A program made the translations under genes and the position numbers. Source: Minisyncoccota bacterium (GTDB lineage: Bacteria; Patescibacteriota; Minisyncoccia; UBA6257; 2-01-FULL-56-20). From it: a stretch of 64,000 bases of DNA. Location of the stretch: the NCBI GenBank assembly GCA_035509435.1, contig DATJLR010000001.1, forward strand, positions 58,732 through 122,731, given 5' to 3'. Below the pieces are notes generated by a model. That model saw only the letters and a list, made by a program, of their open reading frames with translations, was not told where the DNA came from and did no database searches. Positions 56,951 to 64,000 of this stretch are shown piece after piece (positions within the stretch are counted from its first letter, which is position 1; each line of letters opens with the position of its first letter).

Positions 56951-58627
56951 TCACCACACAAGATCCCCCGTTGCGGAGACAACCTCGTCGAACGTCGTCT
57001 TGCCTTCCAGCACCTTCAGGATGCCGTCCTGCTGCATCGTGACCATCTCCTGGCGCGCGGCGACCTCACGGAGGGAAACCTCCGATGCCTCCTTCAGTAT
57101 CGTCTTCTCCAGGTCCGCGCCGCCTTGCAAAAACTCGAACACGCCTACGCGACCTTTATATCCGATGCCGTTGCACTTCTCACACCCTACCGGCGCATAG
57201 ATCTTATAGTTGTCATAAGGTTTCTTGTCCACTTTGGCGGGAAGCTTGCCTAAAAATTCCTTGACCTTCTCCGCGATCACCGCGTCCGCGGGCGCCTCCT
57301 TCTTGCAGTCCTTGCAAAGCACGCGCACGAGGCGCTGGGCGATGGCGAGCGAGAGCGCCGGCCCTATCGAAACCGCCTTCACGCCAAGATTGATGAGGCG
57401 CGGCACCGCGCCCACGGCGTCGTTCGTATGAAGTGTCGACAGGACGAGGTGTCCGGTGAGCGCCGCCTGGAGGGCGATGTCCGCCGTCTCAAGGTCGCGA
57501 ACCTCGCCGACGAGGATCACGTCCGGGTCCTGCCGCACGATCGCGCGAAGGCCGTTCTCGAACGTGTAGCCGGATTCATCGTCCACCTGCGTCTGCTCCA
57601 CACCGTCAATACGATATTCGATGGGGTCTTCGAGCGTGATGATCTTCATCGTCGGATCGTTCATGGTGCGCAGGAACGCATAGAGTGTGGTCGTCTTTCC
57701 GGATCCGGTCGGACCCGTGTTCAGGATAAGACCGTTCGGTTGCGCTATCTTCTTCTTCACCAGTTCCAGATTATCGGCGCGGAGGCCGAGGTCCGGAAGC
57801 CCCACCATCGTCGCCGATGGATCGAGGATGCGCATGACGATCGTCTCGCCGAATTCCGCAGGGATCACCGCCACGCGCATCTCGATGTCGCGGCCGCCGA
57901 GGCCGATCGTGAAACGGCCATCCTGCGCGGCATCGCGCACGTTCAGCTTCATGGCAGAGAGCAGTTTGATGCGCGACACGAACGAGTGGTATGTGTCGGG
58001 CGGAATGTCGTCGAACATGTCGTGCAGCAATCCGTCGATGCGAAAACGTACCTTCGCCTTCTTCTCCCCCGCCTCGGTATGGATATCCGACGCGCGCAAT
58101 CCCATCGCGCCCGCAAGGATGATCTCGAGAAGCGCCACGGGCGACGCGTTAGCGAGCGGGAGCGACGCGATCTCGTTGCGCACCGCGTCGATCGTCGTGA
58201 GCTTTGCCCGAAGGTCCTCGATCCGGTTCTTCGTGATCTCCACTTTTCCCGTTATCGTCTCGGCTTCCGGCTTTACGAACTGATAGAACTTCCACGCCGC
58301 TTCCATGCTGGAAGGTGACACGACGACCACCTTCACTTCGTGGCTTTTCTTTTTCAATTCTTCCACCGCCTTTTTTGTGGCGGGGAGCTCCGGGTTGATC
58401 GCCGCGAGCGCCACTTTGTCGGATCGCAGCTCTATGCACGCGACTTTCGCGTCGCGCGCCTCGTTCTCGGGCAGCAACTTTACCGCCTCGAGCGACACAG
58501 GGGTCTTCGAAAGGTCCACATAGGACAAGCCGAGCTTCTCCGCGAGCCGCTCGGCGGCGCGCTCCTCGCCCTCGCGATGGAGCTTCGCGATCTTGTCTTT
58601 AAGGTCGCCCTGGGGTGCGTCAAGCAT
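56951..58627 (-). CDS. pilB: Type IV pilus / type II secretion assembly ATPase (PilB/GspE family)
   Basis: N1-like domain, Walker A GPTGSGKTTTL, Asp box, His box LSTLHTN, and tetra-Cys CKDC...CEKCNG. Confidence 0.85.
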   Translation of the reverse strand: MLDAPQGDLKDKIAKLHREGEERAAERLAEKLGLSYVDLSKTPVSLEAVKLLPENEARDAKVACIELRSDKVALAAINPELPATKKAVEELKKKSHEVKVVVVSPSSMEAAWKFYQFVKPEAETITGKVEITKNRIEDLRAKLTTIDAVRNEIASLPLANASPVALLEIILAGAMGLRASDIHTEAGEKKAKVRFRIDGLLHDMFDDIPPDTYHSFVSRIKLLSAMKLNVRDAAQDGRFTIGLGGRDIEMRVAVIPAEFGETIVMRILDPSATMVGLPDLGLRADNLELVKKKIAQPNGLILNTGPTGSGKTTTLYAFLRTMNDPTMKIITLEDPIEYRIDGVEQTQVDDESGYTFENGLRAIVRQDPDVILVGEVRDLETADIALQAALTGHLVLSTLHTNDAVGAVPRLINLGVKAVSIGPALSLAIAQRLVRVLCKDCKKEAPADAVIAEKVKEFLGKLPAKVDKKPYDNYKIYAPVGCEKCNGIGYKGRVGVFEFLQGGADLEKTILKEASEVSLREVAARQEMVTMQQDGILKVLEGKTTFDEVVSATGDLVW

Positions 58628-58665
58628 TTGCTATGATGATACCGCGCGAATATAATGCAAGCAAT

Positions 58666-59208
58666 ATGTCAGGACATTCGCACTGGGCGGGAATAAAGCA
58701 CAAAAAAGAGATCACCGACAAGAAGCGGGCGAAGATATTCTCCAAATCGCTCAAGCTTATATCGGCGGCGGCGCGCACGGAGCCGAACCCGGACTTCAAT
58801 CCGCGCTTGCGCACGGCGGTGGCGAAAGCGCGAGAGGCGGGCGTACCCGCTGACACGATCGATCGCGCGATCAAGCGCGCCGCCGATCCGGCGGAAAAAA
58901 TGGAGGAGCTCTTATTCGAAGCCTACGGCCCTGGCGGCGCGGCGATCCTCATTGAAGCGGTAAGTGATAACCGCAATCGCGCCGTGCAGGAGGTAAAAAC
59001 TGTTTTACGGGACCATAATGGCAAGTGGGCGGAGTCCGGAAGCGTACAATGGGCGTTCGAACGCGCGGGCGGACCGGGGAGCGAGTGGGATGCAAAATTT
59101 CCGCAAGATATTTCCGCCGAGGAAAAAGAAAAGCTCGCGGCCCTCCTTGAGGCGCTTGAGGACAATGACGACGTCCAGGGCGTTTACACCAATATTAATT
59201 TTAATTGA
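58666..59208 (+). CDS. yebC: YebC/PmpR-family transcriptional regulatory protein (short form)
   Basis: MSGHSHWAGIKHKKEITDKKRAKIFSK N-terminus. Only 180 aa. Confidence 0.75.
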   Translation: MSGHSHWAGIKHKKEITDKKRAKIFSKSLKLISAAARTEPNPDFNPRLRTAVAKAREAGVPADTIDRAIKRAADPAEKMEELLFEAYGPGGAAILIEAVSDNRNRAVQEVKTVLRDHNGKWAESGSVQWAFERAGGPGSEWDAKFPQDISAEEKEKLAALLEALEDNDDVQGVYTNINFN

Positions 59209-59213
59209 TTTTA

Positions 59214-59696
59214 ATGATCGCGCTTGGCATTGACCCGGGAACACGCAGGATAGGATACGGCGTCGTGGAGTGCAACGGTCCCGATACGATATTTTTGGAC
59301 GCAGGATTGCTCGTGATAAGCGCGGGCGACGACATAGCGGCGCTCGAAGAGGCAAAAAAGGGGCTGGACGCACTGATAAAAAAGCATAAACCGGATGTGG
59401 TGGCGATCGAAAAGCTCTTTTTCGCGAAGAACACCAAAACCGCGCTTGCGGTCGCCCAGGCCCGTGGCGTCATCATCCTCGCGACAAAAGAACGCGGCGT
59501 CCGCATTAAGGAGTACACGCCGAATGAAGTAAAGTCGGGGATCGCGGGGTATGGCCTTGCCGATAAAAAAGCGGTCCTTAAGATGGTGCGTCTCATTTTA
59601 CATAAGCCGGATCTCGCGGTGATCGACGATGCAAGTGATGCGCTGGCGCTTGCCATCTTATCCACAGGCGACCGTTTGCTTGACAGCGTGCGATGA
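59214..59696 (+). CDS. ruvC: Crossover junction endodeoxyribonuclease RuvC
   Basis: MIALGIDPGTRRIGYGVV and the DASDALALAI catalytic motifs. The listed ORF starts at a TTG at 59205, but the ATG at 59214 is preferred. Confidence 0.85.
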   Translation: MIALGIDPGTRRIGYGVVECNGPDTIFLDAGLLVISAGDDIAALEEAKKGLDALIKKHKPDVVAIEKLFFAKNTKTALAVAQARGVIILATKERGVRIKEYTPNEVKSGIAGYGLADKKAVLKMVRLILHKPDLAVIDDASDALALAILSTGDRLLDSVR

Positions 59697-59743
59697 TACA
59701 ATATACTGGTTGAAAAATAAAAGGTCGCTAATTATCGGTAACT

Positions 59744-59917
59744 ATGTTGACTGAATTATTCCCTTTACAGCTCGCCTTTCGCGGTTTGAGCGATGAGGAC
59801 GAAGAAGAGATTTCCATAGACAGCCCGGACCTCGATGAAGATGAGGACGAGGACGATGATGATCTTCTCGGGGGCGACGATGACGGGGCGGACGAAGCCG
59901 AGCCTCTGGAACAGTAA
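59744..59917 (+). CDS. Possible small, highly acidic protein (57 aa), below the ORF-track threshold
   Basis: MLTELFPLQLAFRGLSDEDEEEISIDSPDLDEDEDEDDDDLLGGDDDGADEAEPLEQ, followed by a hairpin and T-tract terminator. Confidence 0.3.
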   Translation: MLTELFPLQLAFRGLSDEDEEEISIDSPDLDEDEDEDDDDLLGGDDDGADEAEPLEQ

Positions 59918-59929
59918 ATAAAACAGGCG

Positions 59930-59995
59930 CTCTCTTTTGGCCGGGTCGCTAGGACGCCGAAGGCCAAACGAGAGTGCTTTTTTATTTATCGAAAG
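59930..59995 (+). terminator. Rho-independent terminator
   Basis: GCGCTCTCTTTTGGCC...GGCCAAACGAGAGTGC followed by TTTTTTATTTAT. Confidence 0.5.
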
Positions 59996-60059
59996 AAAAG
60001 GAAGCAGAGATACAAGAAAAAGTTAAAAAGGGGTAAAATTAAAGGCGTTCTCGCTTCTT

Positions 60060-62186
60060 ATGAAAAAACCGCTTGACCCAAAGCAAAAAAAGGCCCGCCG
60101 AACGAAGATCCTCCGGATAACGGGGATCGTCATCGCGTCCATCGTGATCGCTTTATGCGTATTCGTGCTTTACCTCGCAAAGACCGTCCCCTCCATCCAG
60201 GAGATCGGCAGCCAGCAGATCGGCCAATCCACGAAGATCTACGACCGCACAGGAACCGTCCTTTTGTATGATATAAACAACAATGGCCAGAGACGCACCC
60301 TTGTCTCGTTCGACCAGATACCGCAAAACCTTAAAGACGCAACGATCGCCATCGAAGACCAGAATTTCTACAACGAGCCGGCGTTCGACCTTAAGGGCAT
60401 CATCCGGGCGCTCTTCGTGGACATTGCCACCCACTCGTTCGCCGAGGGCGGTTCGACGCTTACCCAGCAGCTCGCACGCACCGCGTTTCTGACGCTCAAT
60501 CAGACGATCACCCGCAAGATCCGCGAATTCATCCTTGCGGTAAAGCTGAACGCATATTATTCAAAAGACCAGATACTGGCCCTCTATTTGAACGAGGTCC
60601 CGTACGGGCCGAATATTTCGGGCGTCGGCGAGGCATCCGAAGATTATTTCGGCGTGCCGGTACAGGACCTGAATCTGGCACAGGCAGCCGTGCTTGCGGC
60701 GCTCCCGCAGGCGCCCACGTACTATTCCCCGTGGGGCACGCACGTGAGCGAACTGCTGCAGCGGCAGCGGCTCGTGCTTCAGCAAATGTACAACACCGGC
60801 AAGATCACGCAGGCCCAGCTCGCCGACGCGGAGAACTTTCCGATCGTGTTCCAGCCGCAGTCGGAGAGCGGCTCGGGCATCCGCGCGCCGCACTTTGTGA
60901 TGGCAGTGGAAAACTATCTTGTCCAGAAATACGGCGAGAATGAAGTGGACAACGGCGGCCTTAAGGTGATCACGACGCTCAACTGGACGCTGCAGCAGCA
61001 AGCAGAACAAGCGGTGACGCAAGGGGTGGCGCGAAACACGCAGCTCTATGACGCCACGAACGGCGCGCTTGTCGCCCAAGATCCAACCACGGGGCAGATC
61101 CTTGCGCTCGTGGGATCGGCAAACTATTTTGATACCGCGAACGACGGCAATTTCGATGTAGCGCTCCAAGGCCTGCGCCAGCCGGGCTCATCGCTCAAAC
61201 CATTCATCTATCTGACCGCGTTCCAGATGGGCTATACCCCTGATACGATCCTCTTCGACACGCCGACGGAATTCAGCACGAACCCCTCATGCCCGTCCGT
61301 TCCCGACTTCAACTCCGTGAACACGAAGTGCTTCCATCCGCAGGACTTTGAGGGGACGTTCGCCGGGCCGCTCACCATCACCGACGCGCTCGCGCAGTCG
61401 GTCAACGTTCCGGCGGTGAAGATGCTCTATCTCGTCGGAGAACAGAACGCGATCCAGAACGCATACAACTTCGGCCTCACGACGCTCACCGACCCCTCAA
61501 GCTACGGCTTGTCGCTCGTGCTCGGTGGCGGAGCGGTAAAGCTTGTCGACCTCACCGAGGCATATTCCGTCCTTGCCGACCAAGGCGTAAAGCACGCGCA
61601 GACGATGATCCTCTCGGTGCAGGATGCGAACGGGAACACGCTTGAGTCATATCAGGACAAGACAAGCCAGGTCGCGGATGCGCAGTCCGTGAACCTCATA
61701 AATAACATCCTTTCCGACGCAGCCGCGCGCGCGCCCCTCATGGGTGCGAGCCAGAACCTCACCGTCTTCCCCGGCTACGACGTGGCGCTCAAGACCGGCA
61801 CATCCAACGACTATCGCGACGCATGGGCCATGGGCTATACGCCGTCGCTCGTCGTGGGCGTCTGGGCCGGCAACAACGACAACACCCCAATGCACGCGCA
61901 GGGGTCGAGCATTCTCGCGGCGGTGCCGATGTGGAATGCCTTCATGACGCAGGCGCTTCCGGAGGTGCCGAACGAGACATTCACCCCGCCGGCGCCGATA
62001 ACAGCCACAAAGCCGGTGCTTACCGGCCAATATGTCATAAACGGACAAGTGCACAGCATCCTCTATTACGTGGACAAGAGCGATCCGGAGGGCCCCGATC
62101 CTACAAATCCCTCAACGGATCCGCAATATAATAATTGGGAGATCGGCGTAGAGAATTGGGCGCGCTCAAACGGCTACGGAAGTTAG
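60060..62186 (+). CDS. Bifunctional class A penicillin-binding protein (transglycosylase/transpeptidase, PBP1A family)
   Basis: N-terminal TM helix, GT51 motifs (IAIEDQNFY, GGSTLTQQLAR), and a transpeptidase domain (SSLKPF, SVN, KTGT). Confidence 0.85.
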   Translation: MKKPLDPKQKKARRTKILRITGIVIASIVIALCVFVLYLAKTVPSIQEIGSQQIGQSTKIYDRTGTVLLYDINNNGQRRTLVSFDQIPQNLKDATIAIEDQNFYNEPAFDLKGIIRALFVDIATHSFAEGGSTLTQQLARTAFLTLNQTITRKIREFILAVKLNAYYSKDQILALYLNEVPYGPNISGVGEASEDYFGVPVQDLNLAQAAVLAALPQAPTYYSPWGTHVSELLQRQRLVLQQMYNTGKITQAQLADAENFPIVFQPQSESGSGIRAPHFVMAVENYLVQKYGENEVDNGGLKVITTLNWTLQQQAEQAVTQGVARNTQLYDATNGALVAQDPTTGQILALVGSANYFDTANDGNFDVALQGLRQPGSSLKPFIYLTAFQMGYTPDTILFDTPTEFSTNPSCPSVPDFNSVNTKCFHPQDFEGTFAGPLTITDALAQSVNVPAVKMLYLVGEQNAIQNAYNFGLTTLTDPSSYGLSLVLGGGAVKLVDLTEAYSVLADQGVKHAQTMILSVQDANGNTLESYQDKTSQVADAQSVNLINNILSDAAARAPLMGASQNLTVFPGYDVALKTGTSNDYRDAWAMGYTPSLVVGVWAGNNDNTPMHAQGSSILAAVPMWNAFMTQALPEVPNETFTPPAPITATKPVLTGQYVINGQVHSILYYVDKSDPEGPDPTNPSTDPQYNNWEIGVENWARSNGYGS

Positions 62187-63295
62187 GACTTTAGAATCGG
62201 CTTGAGCACATAAAAATACGAAGCGTCCCCCATCGCGCGGATGAGTGCCGGCCCGGCTTCTTCTTGGAGTCCCAGAAACACGTCGTCGGTCTTGATGCTC
62301 TTCATGGGATCGGAAAGATAACGCCAGTTGAAAAATATCTCAGGAATGTCCCCTTTGATCTTTGCTGGCAGGATATTGTTGTTCTCGCCAAGCGCCTGGT
62401 CGGCGGAGCTGATCTCGATCGCCTTCTTATTCTGGTGGATCTTCATCTTGACCTCGCTGTTCTTCTGGCCGAAGACGCCGGCGAGTTTGATCGCATTCGT
62501 AAACTCTTCGCGATCCACCACGATCTCCGCCGTGAACTCGTGCGGCACGATCGCGGAATAATCCGGGAAGCTCCCTTCCACAAGGCGCGATATCATCTCC
62601 GTCTGATCGGTCTTGAAAAGGACCTGATTCTCATCCTGGTAGATCCGCACCATCTCGTCGTCGCGCATGATCCGCGCCGCCTCGAGCGCGGTCCGGAGCG
62701 GGACAAGCATCCTGAACGGCTCTTTCTTTTTTGCAGAAAAAAGATTTCCGGGGATCGATCGTTCCGCGAGACGGAATCCGTCCGTTGATGCCAAAACAAG
62801 GCTTTCCAATGAAAAGTTGAATAAAACACTGTTCAGCTCCGGCCGGAGATCGGAATATTGCGAAGCTACAGTAACCTGCTGGATAGCCTCCCTAAGAAAG
62901 GCGCTTTTTATTTCAATATAGCTTTCCGTGTTTTTCACCCGAGGCGGCGTCGGGAAGTCATCTGCCGGCATGCCGTTCAGCACGGCGCTGTAATTATCGG
63001 TTGCGACCTCAAGAGAATTCTCTTTTTTTTCAAAATTAAGCCGGTCGCTTTGAATATTTCCAATAAGGCTGGAAAAAAGTGACAATGGAACCGTTATTTT
63101 CCCGTTTTCTATGACCTTGCCGGCCACGCGGTGGGTTATCGCAATTTCCAAATTGGTCGTAGTGAAAGTGATGGTATTATCCTCCGCATCAATAAGAATA
63201 TTTTTAAGTATGGGGAGGTTGGTATTTTCCCCCACCGCTTTCTCGACAGCGGCAACCGCACTCTTAATATTTTCCCTGATCGCGATGAATTTCAT
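62183..63295 (-). CDS. dnaN: DNA polymerase III beta sliding clamp
   Basis: 370 aa with three-domain beta-clamp architecture. Adjacent to dnaA. Confidence 0.85.
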   Translation of the reverse strand: MKFIAIRENIKSAVAAVEKAVGENTNLPILKNILIDAEDNTITFTTTNLEIAITHRVAGKVIENGKITVPLSLFSSLIGNIQSDRLNFEKKENSLEVATDNYSAVLNGMPADDFPTPPRVKNTESYIEIKSAFLREAIQQVTVASQYSDLRPELNSVLFNFSLESLVLASTDGFRLAERSIPGNLFSAKKKEPFRMLVPLRTALEAARIMRDDEMVRIYQDENQVLFKTDQTEMISRLVEGSFPDYSAIVPHEFTAEIVVDREEFTNAIKLAGVFGQKNSEVKMKIHQNKKAIEISSADQALGENNNILPAKIKGDIPEIFFNWRYLSDPMKSIKTDDVFLGLQEEAGPALIRAMGDASYFYVLKPILKS

Positions 63296-63429
63296 CTCTT
63301 AATTATAATTTATATTTAAATACTTTTTATAAGAGTTGTTATTAGTGATGGGTGTTTTTGTGGATAACACCGTCTTCATCCAATATTCATCTTATGTATT
63401 TTGTGTTGCTTGTGTGGATAAGGACTGGA
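63296..63429. promoter_or_regulatory. dnaA-dnaN intergenic region with two perfect DnaA boxes (TGTGGATAA at 63359..63367 and 63413..63421); candidate oriC or DnaA autoregulatory region
   Basis: Exact reverse-complement matches to TTATCCACA in an AT-rich spacer. Confidence 0.6.
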
Positions 63430-64000
63430 TCAACTCTTATAGATCATATCCTTTATTGTTAATATCTTTTGATTAAGTGCCGGATTTCTGTTGATCTCCT
63501 GGTTGATCTTTTCATACGAGTGGATGGCGGTGGTATGATCTCTCCCCAGCTTTTCACCAATATACGGATAGGAAAGCTCTGAGATATCCCGAAGAAGATA
63601 GATGGCTATCTGCCGCGGCTCCACCACTTCTTTGCGGCGGTTATGGCTTACGAGGTCCTCTACGGCGATATTGAAGAACTCCGCGACGGATTTGAGTATT
63701 TGAACGTCACTTACCCGCTTTGTGAGGTTCTGGGTGGCCTTTTCAATGATCTCCTCGGCCATCTTTATACTGATCTCGGCCTGCTTCCGCTCCTCGTAAA
63801 AAACGATCTTTTTAAGGACCCCTTCCAATTCCCTGATATTCTTGCGCAGGCGCTTGGCGATGAGGTCCACGACCGGATCGGGCAGGCGGCGGTTCATTTC
63901 CTGGAGCTTGCTGCGGATGATCGCCACCCGCATCTCGTATTCCGGATAGGAAACGTCGGCGATAAGGCCGCCCTCGAAGCGCGAGCGGAGGCGCTCCTCG
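63430..64000 (-). CDS. dnaA: Chromosomal replication initiator DnaA. The C-terminal domains III/IV are in the window; the 5' end runs off the window end.
   Basis: Domain IV HTH: LSYPYIGEKLGRDHTTAIHSYEKI. No in-frame stop up to position 64000. Confidence 0.85.
   Translation of the reverse strand, partial: EERLRSRFEGGLIADVSYPEYEMRVAIIRSKLQEMNRRLPDPVVDLIAKRLRKNIRELEGVLKKIVFYEERKQAEISIKMAEEIIEKATQNLTKRVSDVQILKSVAEFFNIAVEDLVSHNRRKEVVEPRQIAIYLLRDISELSYPYIGEKLGRDHTTAIHSYEKINQEINRNPALNQKILTIKDMIYKS

Noticed and set aside
59728-59967. 79-aa Ser-rich minus-strand ORF
   Set aside because: Low-complexity translation. The plus-strand acidic mini-ORF with a downstream terminator is the more plausible reading. 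Both are low confidence.
1-64000. CRISPR arrays, rRNA or tRNA genes
   Set aside because: No regularly spaced direct repeats and no rRNA- or tRNA-like sequences were recognizable by eye. The only tRNA-like structure is the 3' domain of tmRNA.

Overview
High-GC (~60%) bacterial chromosomal window; the architectural-pilin and polX gene content is loosely consistent with an uncultivated small-genome lineage, but this is not established. The core is housekeeping. On the minus strand: ileS (runs off the window start), argS, an AI-2E transporter, cspA, a type IV pilin with a LamG domain, an M49 peptidase, a PurO-like IMP cyclohydrolase, polX, a ClpB/ClpC-like ATPase, a family-4 UDG, an ECF sigma with an anti-sigma-like partner, a GT2 exopolysaccharide synthase with a glycosyl-hydrolase-like partner, ruvB, pilB, dnaN and dnaA (runs off the window end). 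On the plus strand: smpB, an NRAMP transporter, a uridine-kinase-like gene, infC, rpmI, rplT, yebC, ruvC and a PBP1A. Two perfect DnaA boxes lie between dnaN and dnaA. The accessory part is a composite mobile region of about 16 kb (about 20.0 to 36.26 kb) inserted at the 3' end of the tmRNA gene ssrA (minus strand, 36257..36574). Block A is AT-rich and proximal to ssrA (about 27.75 to 36.25 kb). It carries a large serine recombinase adjacent to ssrA, a 935-aa KAP-family P-loop NTPase with two small membrane-protein partners, and a possible replication module. Block B (about 20.0 to 27.75 kb) carries a second large serine recombinase and a compact candidate conflict/defense locus. That locus is a zinc-ribbon plus DUF4145 protein with two small membrane proteins, then a promoter with a perfect 17-bp palindromic operator, then a small protein, an HTH-like protein, a MutL/MORC-like GHKL ATPase and a PH-SHOCT protein. 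Further oddities are a histidine-phosphatase-like domain inserted into IleRS, a Clp ATPase with an N-terminal membrane anchor and a degenerate first ATPase domain, and a 1-kb insertion splitting infC from rpmI-rplT. No CRISPR array, rRNA or tRNA gene was found.
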